A model generated the notes under the pieces. The model searched no databases, was not told the origin of the DNA, and saw only the letters and a program-made list of their open reading frames with translations. A stretch of DNA of 64,000 nucleotides, taken from the NCBI GenBank assembly GCA_030295235.1, contig AP026138.1:186001-250000 (forward strand). The letters run 5' to 3'. The position numbers and the translations under genes are program-made. This stretch comes from Fistulifera solaris (lineage: Eukaryota). Shown piece after piece: positions 49,677 through 61,885 of the stretch; position 1 is the stretch's first letter; each line of letters opens with the position of its first letter.

Positions 49677-50013
49677 TAGTGATTGCTCCTGGGATGGGAA
49701 TTTCCCGTTTCCCGGGAAATGAGATTCAAATTTCCCGTCCCGTTTCCCGCTCAAACCAGCGGGAAATAACGGGATGGGAAATCCGTCTGTTTTCGCACGT
49801 ACAAACCCCTTATTTTGTACGTGTCCGCTTACTTTCAGCACTATCACCCGTTGCAATACGGGTAGGGATAAAGTCTTTGTACACAATAGCTTATACTACA
49901 AGATACGACGTACGAACCATTTCCCATCCCGTTATTTCCCGTTCCCAGGGATTGAGGTGGCCATTTCCCGTTTCCCATCCCGGTCCTCCGAAAAGAACCG
50001 GGAGCAATCACTA
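49677..50013. mobile_element. hAT-type MITE, 337 bp
   Basis: TIR TAGTGATTGCTCC(T/C)GG; 8 bp TSD GTTCAACA (49669-49676 and 50014-50021); many TTTCCCG subterminal motifs. Confidence 0.9.
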
Positions 50014-50421
50014 GTTCAACAAGTTCCGTGTTCCGTGTTCCGTGTCTATAAAATTTAATATTGCCTTATCTCTCAGTCGGAAAGTACACATGAGTTTATT
50101 CATAGAATACTTATAGTACACTTTACTTGATACAATTGGGGCTTGATTCACGATACTCTCCTTCGTGCGTCAGCCGAAAGTACCAGGTACCGTACTAAAT
50201 AATTGGAGCGTTGTATTTATCCTTCGTCCACTCAGGACTCACAAAACTGCAGCCACTTTTCACTTTTACTCTTTTCGCCCCGACGATCTATTTTACGTCA
50301 AAATCAATATCCTGGAACCAATGATTCCAAAGATTCTGGTCGAAGGTCTTCAATCGGCAACGTGAGCGGTCTGTGCAGTATTTCCTGTTGAAATCAAAAG
50401 TCTTGTTCTACGGCTGTCATC

Positions 50422-51306
50422 ATGCCTCCCTTTGCAAAGCAATTAGCTGACGAGTCGGAGTCAACCTACAGCGGACGAAGTGGCGAGAAGAGAGCAAGGA
50501 AAACTGTTCGATTTGCGGTTGAGATTAATGTTCGGCATGTGCAGCACTGGAGTCACTATGTTGTGGATCGTTCGATCCTTTGGTTCACACCAGGAGAGAT
50601 TTTACAAATTGCCGAGCGCGATCGGTTGATTGTTGAGTTTATGCGCCAAGGACGCTTTCATGAAACAGATGAACATTCAAGTAGAGGCTTATCTATTGAC
50701 TCTGCTCAGGATCTTAGGATCCGCCAAATGTCGGCGGCCATATTGCTTGCCGAGCAGTTTAGACAGCTTGCCAGTGGTCACTACAGACCTGATGAACTAG
50801 CTGAAATGTCAAGAACAATTTCCAGAGACCATGTTCAATTAGCGCTCAAGCGGGCAGAAAGCGACTTACTGGCATCTATTCAATTTATGCTTGAATCTCT
50901 TTCCCAGTATAGAGCTGAATCTGTAAATGGACCCCGTGATCGGTGGAAAAGAAATTCATCAAAGACTTTCGCTTCGTCCCACTCTGACGGAACCACATCA
51001 ACGCAATCGAAAGTGCTCTCAAGACCTGAGCTAAGTCCGCGACGCAAACAGGATGCCGCTGTTTTCAGCGGCTCGCGACTTGAATATGCAGAAATGAGCG
51101 AGACGTGTTCTTCTGAAAACAATAATCTACCTTTACTGGATATGGACTTGCCATGGGTGTCATGTGGAGAGTGGATAGGACACCGGTCTTTCATGGAGTC
51201 AATTCCAACACCTAGATCAAATCGTTGGAGTATTTGGGATGGGGCTTTAGAACTGCTGCAGAGTTCGGCGTGGGTATCCTGTGGAACATGGAGCACCGTA
51301 GCCTAA
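50422..51306 (+). CDS. Hypothetical protein with RVxF-like motif
   Basis: 294 aa ORF; RKTVRF...LWFT..EI pattern. Confidence 0.55.
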   Translation: MPPFAKQLADESESTYSGRSGEKRARKTVRFAVEINVRHVQHWSHYVVDRSILWFTPGEILQIAERDRLIVEFMRQGRFHETDEHSSRGLSIDSAQDLRIRQMSAAILLAEQFRQLASGHYRPDELAEMSRTISRDHVQLALKRAESDLLASIQFMLESLSQYRAESVNGPRDRWKRNSSKTFASSHSDGTTSTQSKVLSRPELSPRRKQDAAVFSGSRLEYAEMSETCSSENNNLPLLDMDLPWVSCGEWIGHRSFMESIPTPRSNRWSIWDGALELLQSSAWVSCGTWSTVA

Positions 51307-51742
51307 TCCAATTTGTGAGGCAATCTTGAAAGTTAAAATACATTGCATGAAAACAGGAATAGACTAATGATAACATTACAGTAAATACCTGTTGTTTAGT
51401 TGTTTCATTTCCGTAGACTTAGACTAAGGGTCTAGCGCGTTAAAACCTTGTTTTAAAATACATCCTAGCGGTACCCAATAACACTTCCTCATCGCACGTC
51501 GCACCTTTTCACACGCGCGCAGGTTCGTACGTCAGCCCAAACTGGCATGATTGCATTTGGTATCTTTTCGACCGCGTCCGTGAAAGCGATGCGTGAGAGT
51601 GAGAAAGAGGTGTGTGGCACCTTGCAACGTGTCTTGTTGTGGTGAATGGTCTGACGGGAGACTGCCGCTTTTGTTCGACATTATTTTGTCATAACTTATA
51701 ATCCTTTCGTTGTTTTACGCAAGCACACGGCGACTGAACAGT

Positions 51743-52573
51743 ATGAGACTCTACGAACTTTTCGCTGTGATCTCCTCGGCTTCTGCATTCACGGCACTTT
51801 CAGTGGGAAGATCAAGCTCGGCCTTGCAATCAACTATAGTGACGGGGCCTGGAGGAAAGCCTGCTTCATCTGCTGATGAAGATTTGCGATTGACATTACA
51901 GATCATTATGGATCATGAATCGCGATCAACGACTGTATCGAAAGAGCAATTCATTAGCCAAATGAAAGAGGCTGAACAAGTTGCCGACGAAGTTGTCGAC
52001 GTATCGATCCCTTATGATGCCGCTGCAAAACTAGCATACGAAGCCAGCGATAAGTCAATGAAATATGCTGATTTTAAAGTGAAGTACGAGGAAAATGCGG
52101 TACTCGAAGTGAAAGCTAAGAGGCCTGTTGATCTATCCATACCGTACGATGCTGCCGCAAGAGTTGCTTATGAAGCCAGTGATAAATCTGTGGATTTTGC
52201 TGACTTTAAAGTCCAGTACGAAGAGAAAGCCGTGGCAGAGGTCAAAGCGAAGCAACCAGCTGCAGCGGCGAAACCCGTTGCTAAGGCTGCTGAAGCGACG
52301 ACCTCGGTAGATTTGAGTATCCCATACGACGCCGCCGCAAAACTGGCATACGAAAAATCCGACAAATCGATGGATTTTAGTGCATACCAGAAAGTTTACT
52401 ACGATGAGACAGTTGCAATGGTAGCGTCAAAGAAGGCTGTCGACTTGAGTATCCCTTATGATGCTGCTGCACAACTTGCTTTCATGAAAAGCGATCGGAC
52501 CACACCGTTTGCTGACTTCAAAGAGCAATACCTTGCTCAAGCTGTCGCTGAAGTCAAAGCGAAATCTTCGTAG
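51743..52573 (+). CDS. Plastid-targeted protein of four ~42 aa tandem repeats
   Basis: MRLYELFAVISSASA-F presequence; VD(L/V)SIPYDAAA x4. Confidence 0.85.
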   Translation: MRLYELFAVISSASAFTALSVGRSSSALQSTIVTGPGGKPASSADEDLRLTLQIIMDHESRSTTVSKEQFISQMKEAEQVADEVVDVSIPYDAAAKLAYEASDKSMKYADFKVKYEENAVLEVKAKRPVDLSIPYDAAARVAYEASDKSVDFADFKVQYEEKAVAEVKAKQPAAAAKPVAKAAEATTSVDLSIPYDAAAKLAYEKSDKSMDFSAYQKVYYDETVAMVASKKAVDLSIPYDAAAQLAFMKSDRTTPFADFKEQYLAQAVAEVKAKSS

Positions 52574-53050
52574 GTGTCGAGGAGTCAGGCGGTCACACCG
52601 TAGCTTAATCATAAAGTCTTATTGGCGTCTTCAAAGTTCAAAGTAGGAACTCGTCAGTTTACCTGATATAGGTAGTGCTCGGATGACAAGTATGGTAATA
52701 CCAGGTATTCTGTAATAGACGACGTAACCTTTGCTGGTACAGGTAGTTTTGCTCGGAGTAGTCTATTTGGGGTTTAGACGCGAATGATGATTCATTCGTC
52801 ATCATCATCATCTCATCTATCACTCAAGTACCACGGACGAATTGCAACTAAGGTTGAGACTATAAAGGGCGTTGTTCCGCGACAGCGAGTCACATGCTCT
52901 CTTAGCGATTCCAACGGACAAAGTCCTACAAAATACACTATAGCCATTTAATTTGATAAGTAGATATCGTAGGGTATCGCCTAATGAGTACGCTTCGGTG
53001 TAGAATTTGTTATCTACGAAACACAAGCTAAGTTTTTAGGTATCGGAGGC

Positions 53051-53651
53051 TAGGGTTCCGAACGGGTCTTACCCGGCCAACCCGTCCACCCGTCCCGTCC
53101 GGGTGGACGGATCCGGGTCCATCTTGTTGGACGGGTCTGGACGGGTGCTCATAACCTGTCTAGGAAGTTGTCCTAAACGTTCCACGTGGAGGTCATGTTG
53201 CACATACTGAGTCTCCATTCATTGCTTTTGATTGCTATATCGTAGAAAGTTTCAAGTTTAAATATTTTATCAACAATTTCAACGACAAAGCTTGTTTGAC
53301 ACGTTATTGAAACGTACACAATCGACAGTTTCCACTTTGGATTATACCTCATGAAGTAAGCCACTCATGGAAAGCATACTTATCTCTTCAACTACACGCA
53401 TAAAACTCCAATTAGATCTGGCCTACAGTAAACTAATTTTGATAGAAGAAATGATTCTTTTGGCATCAAATAGAACCAATATTTCAATTTTTCGCCTGCG
53501 GCGGGCAGACGCCGTCCGGCGGAAGGGCCCAGTCCCGCTTCTTTGGGGTCGCGGGACTGGACCCGTCCACCGGACGGGCGCCGGACGGTACGGGGGCCTC
53601 CGGCCACCCGTCCAAAGGACGGGTCAAAACCCTGATCCGTTCGGAACCCTA
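53051..53651. mobile_element. Non-autonomous TIR element (hAT-like ends), 601 bp
   Basis: TIR TAGGGTTCCGAACGG(G/A)TC; flanking duplication ATCGGAGGC (53042-53050 and 53652-53660); ACCCGTCC/GGACGGG subterminal repeats around an AT-rich core. Confidence 0.9.
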
Positions 53652-53783
53652 ATCGGAGGCACATTTCCACTTTTGCCCACAAGAGATGATAAGAAAGGCG
53701 CAATAACAAAGACAGTCAATTCAAGTTCAAGATTACCGTGCACCAGTGCTTCCCGATTCTAGCAAACTTGGTGTTTTTCATTC

Positions 53784-54269
53784 ATGTTTAAAATGACAAG
53801 AACGTTCGTGATACTACTAAGCTGCGCAATCATGTCGGCAATGGCACTTGCCGACTCTTCTCTGTCCGTGACATCCGAACAGGACCCGATGGAACGATCC
53901 CTTTTGTTCCGTAGACTGTGCGGTCGTCACCAAGGTCCGACAAAGCTGACAGCAGGAAAGCTAGCCGCGTTTGATATTAAAAAAGACCAATGGTTAGCAT
54001 ATGTTCTCGAAGGTGTTCCTTCGGGTCAAAATTGCGTTTGCGAAACCTCGTGCGCCTTTGCGCCTCTCAATATCGATCTGTACTCGAATACGGACAAGGA
54101 TATCACCTTGGATACGGCTTTCGCCTGGGATGATGCTTCCACGGAGACTGATAGCAAAGAAAGCACCACAGTGACACTCAACAATGGGTCGAAATACAAC
54201 TGCTATGCTTACGTCCTTGGAAAGGAAAAGGCTGATGGCTGCTTTATCGAATGCAATACTCAAGCGTAA
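53784..54269 (+). CDS. Small secreted Cys-containing hypothetical protein
   Basis: Signal peptide, 161 aa, beta-rich Cys-containing domain. Confidence 0.6.
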   Translation: MFKMTRTFVILLSCAIMSAMALADSSLSVTSEQDPMERSLLFRRLCGRHQGPTKLTAGKLAAFDIKKDQWLAYVLEGVPSGQNCVCETSCAFAPLNIDLYSNTDKDITLDTAFAWDDASTETDSKESTTVTLNNGSKYNCYAYVLGKEKADGCFIECNTQA

Positions 54270-54662
54270 AGTAAGTGCTGAACAGAAGATCGTTTAAGGT
54301 CACAATGGCTTGGTGATTGAAGAGAAGCACATTTATTCAGAACATCGACAGACATGTTGTAGAAAAGAGAAAATGCCTCGACTATGATAGCTGAGACGAA
54401 AATCAAAAACTCAAATTATATTTATCAGTGTCTTTCACGTTGTAATTTCCAATTATACTTCGACTAGTCTAGCTCTAGGCTTATCTTAACAACTTAAGCT
54501 CGATTTCGGAAAGCGTTGTCGTATTTGTTGTTTCCTAACCCTAATGCATAAAACTATAGCACGACTTGCATTATTTTGCAAAACAATAATGTGGGCTTAT
54601 TTTCAAGCGACGTTCTATTATTTTTAATAAAGAATACTGGTACAATCATTTAAACATCGAAA

Positions 54663-55119
54663 ATGGCGTCGAATGGGACTATGCACCGCAAATCGTCGAG
54701 TCTTGGCGACAAGCACTATTCCATGCTGGAGCCGTGTCGCGTCGTCATTCAAAGCTCGACAAGGAAAGGACTGCCTACCGTGAGACTGCCCGCGGAGTGC
54801 GTTGCGGCCAGCGAGACACCGCTGCCTCCCATGTATAATTTTACTTTAGGTGCGTAAAGTTGTTCCTCCTTCATTTTGCGACTTTACCGATGATCCAACG
54901 CTTGTGTGCGTGCTCGATCACTTAGAAAAACAAGTCATTAGCCGTCAAAGCGAACGACATCAACAGCTTCAGTTAGGAGAAACTCCAGAAGTTATAAAGC
55001 AAGGAGTCATTAATCGTATGAAAAGCGTCACAAATGCTGAAGAGGACCTTTGTATTGCAATTTTGGAGGACAATAAGTATGATTTGAAAGCTTCCCTTGA
55101 CGCATTTTTTCAATCGTAG
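54663..55119 (+). CDS. Small protein with C-terminal UBA-like domain, probable intron 54780-54849
   Basis: MKSVTNAEEDLCIAILEDNKYDLKASLDAFF resembles UBA-like folds; GT...TTTAG joins the two ORFs. Confidence 0.55.
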
Positions 55120-55247
55120 GAGTGCACGCCGAAGGAGCACAAGCAGGAGGGCACACTTGGATATAAATTGTGCTTTGAAAGTGATTATTTACATTCTTAT
55201 ATAGCTATTCACATAAGGGATTTTCTCTTAAAAATTGTGCAACGTAT

Positions 55248-56201
55248 TCATGTCGTAGAAACGACAATGTAGAGATACGAGTCAGGGTGACACAAACACT
55301 CCCATAAATCTAGAACTAACAAATCAAGCGAAGGATGACTTCCTTGAATTTTCCAACATGCTGAAGAAAAAGCCGCAAGCGATTCCTGGTGCGTATCCTT
55401 CGTTCTGTCGAACCCAAAGTCAGGAAGCCATTCCGTCAAAAGTTCACCCAAATGTAACTGCCGATCCACCAAGCACGACTTTTGCAAACACGGCAAGGAC
55501 CCAGAAGAAAGCAACACACGCACTGGAATTCGTTGATTCGCAACGTCCTCGGTGATTCGGGAGCGCCATTCGTGGCGAGTTGCGCATTTGGTTTCCTGCA
55601 AACTGTTCCACAATTCGTCGTGGGCCTCTTTCGTCATCCATTGCAAGGCTGCACGACCCGACCCCGCCCGCAAGGCAATCGCTTGTTTGATTGAATTTTG
55701 AAAATGTGACCGCAGTGACTGTATGGAAAATGGTAAAAGCTGGGAGGGAAAATTGTTAAAGTGCAAACGCAATCGCCAAGGCAGTGCATGGTTCGCGTGC
55801 ATGTCGTAGAGAACACCCGTAAACAATTGCCATCGTAACGGAGCTTGAGTGACCTCGTCTTCCCACCAGCAATCGGGTAAATCGGATTTTGAGTTGTCTA
55901 CTAATTGGAGTGGTTCTTTGGTGTCAGTTTCTTCCTCTAACTCGCCTGGATCGGGCTCTTGCCATTTCAGTCCTTGAAATGCAATAGGGGCAAACTGATG
56001 TAAGCGACGGATCGCAGTAGAGAGTCCCAAGTGTAGGTACGTTTGTCTCGAAACCATCAAGTGCAAAGGTAGCGGTCCTGTTGGAGCTGAAAGCGACGTT
56101 GGTGCCAAGGTAACGACAACAGGGATACGACCCTCGTTGTTGATTCGTTTCACGGTTTCCGAGTCGAAATGATGAGGCGATTGTTCTTGGCTCGGGCTCA
56201 T
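55248..56201 (-). CDS. ATG5: Autophagy protein ATG5
   Basis: GRIPV, MVSRQTYL, PLRWQLFTGVLYD, LPWRLRLHF, NSIKQA (conjugation lysine), HPDSYLYIVV. Confidence 0.85.
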   Translation of the reverse strand: MSPSQEQSPHHFDSETVKRINNEGRIPVVVTLAPTSLSAPTGPLPLHLMVSRQTYLHLGLSTAIRRLHQFAPIAFQGLKWQEPDPGELEEETDTKEPLQLVDNSKSDLPDCWWEDEVTQAPLRWQLFTGVLYDMHANHALPWRLRLHFNNFPSQLLPFSIQSLRSHFQNSIKQAIALRAGSGRAALQWMTKEAHDELWNSLQETKCATRHEWRSRITEDVANQRIPVRVLLSSGSLPCLQKSCLVDRQLHLGELLTEWLPDFGFDRTKDTHQESLAAFSSACWKIQGSHPSLDLLVLDLWECLCHPDSYLYIVVSTT

Positions 56202-56571
56202 CTTGCGGGGCTTGGTGCAAAGAAAGAATGGCAAAAACCAAACGAAAATCAGCCTCTGTGAGATATTATGAAGGAGAAATTGCAAGAAGAGGATACCCGC
56301 AGAGTCTTCTGAAGGTGCAATAGGTGCATGTTTTTTTGCTTTCGACGAAAAAAACAGCGATATTATAAGTCTCAGTTAGTCCCCAGTGTAATTACGAGTC
56401 ACGAGTCGCTCAGTCGCAGCGGTGACCTTTTTGACGCCACAAAATTCGCTTTCCGAGTTCGAAAACATGCCGAGAAAGAAGACCATTGAAAAAAGCGAAA
56501 GCCGACGAGATCCCATCGTTTTTCTCATTTATCCTGCCGATAGTCCATCACCTTCTTTTTGACGTATCACC

Positions 56572-57514
56572 ATGTCGTCTGCCTCAGAACCACGTGCGGT
56601 CGCTCGTGACATTTTCTCGGCGACGATAGGGAGTATTTGCTGTTGCTATGTCGGCCAACCATTTGACACGGTCAAGGTAAGAAAAAATGGATCCTGCCTG
56701 ACTTTCATACAAAACTAACACATCCTTGATTTAGGTACGAATGCAAACGAACCCTTCCATATATAGCAACGTCATGGCATCCACCCAAGCGATATGGATG
56801 CAAGAAGGCGTGACCGCGTTCTGGAAGGGTGCCGTCCCGACGGCCATGGGGATGGCGGCCGAAAATGCCATGGCGTTTGGTGTCAATGCCGCTTTAAAAC
56901 GCGCGTTTCCGGATCCAGTCACCCAAAGCGAAGAAGGGCCGCCGAGTCTACTCAAACCCTTTGCCATGGGCGCCATCACGGGATGCTGCTCGGCATTCGT
57001 TCTTCTCCCGAGCGAAATTGTCAAGGCGAAACTGCAAGTCGTGGTTGGTAAAAACATTACAGTGCAGGAAGTCATTCAGAGTATTTTGAAGCGTCAGGGG
57101 TATTCGGGTATGTTCGCCGGACTGGATGCTCAGTTAGCGAGAGATTCTTCATTTTACGCTGTTTTCTTTGGTGGATACGAGCTGTTTTGTTATGGTTTTC
57201 GCACATTCGTACCATCTATGCCTGATGAATTGAATTACTTTATCAGCGGTGGGCTTGCGGGATGTGTCGGATGGACGGTTGCGATGCCTTTTGATGTACC
57301 AAAGACAAATGTACAAGCAAGCTACGATTCCAAAATTGTTGGAACTTACGTTCCGGAGCTACTAAGAATCGCAAAGCAACGTGGGATTGGGGGTCTTTAT
57401 AGTGGTCTAGGGCCTACATTAGTTAGAGCATTTCCAGCAAATGCTGCTCTTTTCTTGGGTGTGGAGACGGGTAAAAAGCTTTTTGATAATGCAGTGTGGA
57501 AAGAGGCAGCTTAG
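56572..57514 (+). CDS. Mitochondrial carrier (SLC25; carnitine/ornithine-carrier-like), intron 56677-56734
   Basis: Three Px[DE]xxK motifs (PFDTVK, PSEIVK, PFDVPK); RAFPANAA. Confidence 0.92.
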
Positions 57515-57654
57515 TATGATATGCAGCACGTCCTTGCTGCGCTTAACGCAGTTTTGTCTTCCAAGCACTGTGAGCCTGACTCTGTTTTGACTTGATCCAA
57601 AAAAGCATACAAATGGCAGAACGAACACATTACTATTTTGATCAACATTATTTA

Positions 57655-60600
57655 TTAGACAGCGCATTACTCGTCGTCGAGCTCCTCTTGTGGAATCGAG
57701 CGAAGCGGTTTTGTTCGCTTGGGCCGTTTACTCTTTTTGGCCTTTGCAGCGTTTTTGCCCCACTGCCTCATTCTCGGCCTCAATTGCTGCAGTTTCGCTT
57801 ATCTTGTTCTCCCACTCGTCCAAGAATTGACGAGATTCTGGTTTTGCGGACTTTTTCGCTTTCCCAACAATCATCAAAAACTGCTTCTTCACGTCCTCGT
57901 TGCAAAGAGCGTCTTTGTAAAGCTTGAAGCTGTCGGACAAGCACTTGATTGTCTTCTCGTTCATTTTGAGTTGTGATATGCAAAAACAAGATCAGCTGTT
58001 TGCTCTAGGGATAAGCACTTCGGGAAACGTTGACAAAGTTTCTCTGTCAGCATCTCGTTCTGTCTGTCTTTCTTGACGTAACCAAGCAAAAACGACATGA
58101 TACCCCTGAAATCTTCTTTTTGCATTGATTGTTGGCTCAGCTGGCTGATGATATCTGGCAAAAGATTGTAGACAGGGTTGTTGCTCCTCTTGCTGAGTTC
58201 ATGGAACAGTAATCGAGACATATCACGAATTCGAGGATCATTATCTCTTAGACAAAGGGCAATTTCACAGACCTGGCCCTTGACTTTGACCATGTCGTTC
58301 AAGACTAGATGAGTTAAGACCATCAGAGTGTGTCTTCGAACCTTGGTCGAGTTATCACGTAGGCAGGCGTACAGATGAGGTGTGTACGGTTCTACCTCGT
58401 TAGGAAAACGAAAGGCCAGATCGCCAAGCGCAACAACGGTGTTAGCTCGGAGGGTAGTATCACCAGGTGGCGCTTTTGACAATGCTGTAAACAGAAGTGG
58501 TAGATGCTTTTCGCAGAAATGGCTCGAGACACACATGAATTTAGTCAAAGCTAAAACCGATGCTTCCATGAGAATCTTGGACTCGAATCGCCCTCCGTCG
58601 TTAGCTACGACACGGGCAAGAAGCGGTCCGAACTTTCCGATGAGTCCCCTATTCAAGATTTCCCTTTCGGATATCTCGGCCATATTCCTTTCATTTTCTG
58701 CTTCAGCTGCTTGAGCAATACCCAGTTCGGCCTCGATATCATCGTCTTCATGAGTACTAGCACGGCATTTGGCCTTATCCGCTTCTTCCTGCATCTTCAC
58801 GGCACGTTTCGCATTACCTCGTCGAACGCTTCCGCTTAGAGCCTCTGTATATACCAGCAAATTGAGCGAAATTTGTCCAAGCATGTGGAAAAATCGTGCT
58901 AAATGAAGTGGGTGACAAAGAGAATTTTGTCTTTCAAAGGTGAAATGACTCATAGTAACGATAATAGAACGACAAGCCGCCTCTGGCTCGGGGCAGATGA
59001 CAAAGAGAGCTTTTATTGCTTGCTCTGCTGCTGAAAACCATTGGAGAGTATCGGCTTCGCTGGCATCGAGACACCAGTCCCCTTGAGCGACTGCGCACAA
59101 CTGTTCCATCAGACGCTCAAGAATCAAATATTTGGCATCGCTCAAATCGATTTTTGCACGGGGTACACGCTGCAACAAAACCGCAGCTGCACCAATGGCA
59201 GCCCAATCCCGAGAGTCTTGAGCATGATCGCCTAAAGCCGCGTCTAGCAAAAGTTTGAGACGACTTTTACTATCAATGATGCTACGATCAGCAGTGGCGC
59301 CCATAGCTATCAGCTGAAGGGCGGAAGTGCGATTTTCATGGTCATTGGCCACGGCCGACCATAAAATACCAAAAACTTCGGCAGGAATGCGGTTTTCTTT
59401 AACCAAATGACTTATGGCTTCTTCAATCGATGCCAGCTCACTCTTGTTTGCCTTGTCAACAAGTTGAACCAGGTTATTGGCGATGCGCTTACCAGGAAGA
59501 TTCTCCGCCCCTACTGAACCAGGAACGGTTATGAAAACCTCGACAAATGCTTTTAATACTTCCTCACGAATTGCTACCTCTGGTGACCACATGAGAGCTA
59601 GCGCATGTTTCATGCCGGTGACTGCACATGGTAGTTGGAAGTGCTTCGCTTTTACAAAGAAGCGCAGGGATTCGGTCACATCGGTGGTGTTATTTGATAG
59701 CATCAAACTCTCAAAAGCCAATGTAGCGTCTTCCAACACATCGATAAAATCGAGGGCGGATTGCGTAAACTTCAAGGCCTGCGCCTTCGTGCAAAATTCC
59801 TTATCTGCGCTGGAGAGGTTTTCGGTATCTTCGAGCAGCGTGTCAGCTTCTGCTAGAGACGCTGCCAGGGCAGCTCGCTCCACTTCTTGCATCGCGACCG
59901 CAGATTCGGACTCCTCGGCATCCTTCATTGCTGCTTCATTTGCTTCGCGGATATGTGCGGGCATGTTCTCTTTCATGTACGTATAAAGTTCATTCAACTT
60001 CGCGCGATAGGGTGCAGGATCTAGATTTCCCATAAAAGGGTTGTTTTCCAAGAGCTCCGAGAGAAGCTGCGATAAGATTGTTGTGAGAGGTCTCGTCGGG
60101 TCAACGGTAAAATTCGTTCGGCATTCGCACTTACCAACAATGCTTGTTTGCGAACAATTACAGTTCTATCCTGTAATCGGTCTACTGCCATTCGCGTAAC
60201 AGGCAAAAAATGATCCTTTGGTAAGCTCTTGTTCTGGATCAAACTTATCCATGTTCGTAGGACGGTTGCTCGCGTGTATGAGCTTGTGTCGTAGAGCCGT
60301 GTAGAAAGCACAGACAACAAATTCTCCCGTGCTTTATTAGCATCGAGCATGGCCGATTCTTCGGATTTGGCGTTGTTGTGTGCTAGTGATTGGAGAATAT
60401 GGCCGATGGCTGTGACGAGGGCATTGCGCATGGTGTATGGTTCGCTGTCAAGAAAGAACATGAGTTGCGGCATATGTTTCAGCACCAAGCGAGGTTGCGA
60501 TGCCGCAAGACTTGAGACAAAAGGCGCGACATTCTTGATGCCCATGCTGTCCAATCGTGCTACTTCTCGAAGAAGTTCAACCGACAGAGTTTCGCTCTTA

Positions 60601-61422
60601 GCGCATAATTCAGCCACGATACTGGACATGTGCTCCAATGAATGCATCATATCCATGAGGGATGTCGTAATCAAGCTTAAGATTGAAGTGTGGCTCAATG
60701 AAACTTCAAGAATCTGTAGTGCAGTATCCCCACAGGCGGTTTTTCGATTGATCACTCCGCTGGAAACTTCGAGCAAGGTGTAGGCAGTTCGACAAGGCAA
60801 AATGATAACGCTCTCGTCCACGACACCACGTTGCCAGAGCAAATTCGGATATTTCGCCATATGGTGAGCTGCAGTCAACAGAGCTCCCGCTGCAATGCTG
60901 CGATATTCGGAATCAAAGCCAGCTTCTTTGCGATTAGCCTCGTTCAAGAACGTGAATGTGTAAATCATGTAGACGTGGCAAGCCCAAGCATCACGGAACG
61001 CTTGAGATACCACATCATTTGATGTTACTAAAATATCCGCTAGCGACTTCATTGCATCAGCGAGGACCTGAACAAGATCGTTTCTTGTTTCGACTGAAAG
61101 TGAAGTAGATTTTCTGAACAAACAAAACGGTTAGCATGCGAACTCGAAAGCTTTTTAAAAGATCAATCACTTACCGAACGAGCGTATACAGAGCTTGCAT
61201 TCGCTCTTCATCCAACCAGACGTCTTCATCTTCTGAAAACAACCGGTGATCACTATTCTTCAGCACGTGGTTTCCTTGCTCGAGTTTGTTCACCAATTCG
61301 GTGAATGAGTCCGCGCGGGCAGCCTCGTTGTCGTCGGCGAAATCTTCCGGATAAGGAAGAAGGTCATAAGGAGCTCTTTCCAAGTCCTGGATAGAGGAAG
61401 GGATAGGAAAGCGAGACTTCAT
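57655..61422 (-). CDS. NCAPD2: Condensin complex subunit 1 (CAP-D2/Ycs4), introns 61114-61174 and 60067-60134; C-terminal frameshifts, end approximate
   Basis: LLENNPF, KFMCVS..FCEKHLPLL, RANTVVALGDLAFRFPN, LVLNDMVKVKG, YNLLPDIIS. Confidence 0.92.
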
Positions 61423-61885
61423 GGTGTTATTAGCGGCTGGACGTCTCGATGAAGTCCATTGTGAGACTTTGGTTGTTTGTTCGATGGTTGGATCGATCAT
61501 CATTGCTTTGCGGTGAACGATGCTCGCGAGCTCGTTTTACAGTTAATGAGTAAGTATTATTACTTAGGGATTCTCAGGAATCCTTGCGTCACACAATCCA
61601 CTGTTGTAAGTTCAAATTTTAACGATACGGTACTGCCACATCTATCAGAAAACCAAGAGTAGGGTGCGTAGATAACACTTGATACAGAGCTAGTAGCGGC
61701 TTTCGACTATGATGTATGAAGTTGAATCGGTACCGCTACGATCTCATTCACAAAACGCGTCCGAACCGCCGCAAAAAAATCTGGCGCAGAAGACGAAGCT
61801 GTTTGCGTCGTCGACACCATTGAGATGCCCATTACAACCGTTTCTTTCCTGAGTAAGCTCATATTTGTGTGATTTATCAACTGTG

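Noticed and set aside
53367..53762. ORFs overlapping the 601 bp element
   Set aside because: They arise from GC-rich subterminal repeats and show no transposase motifs
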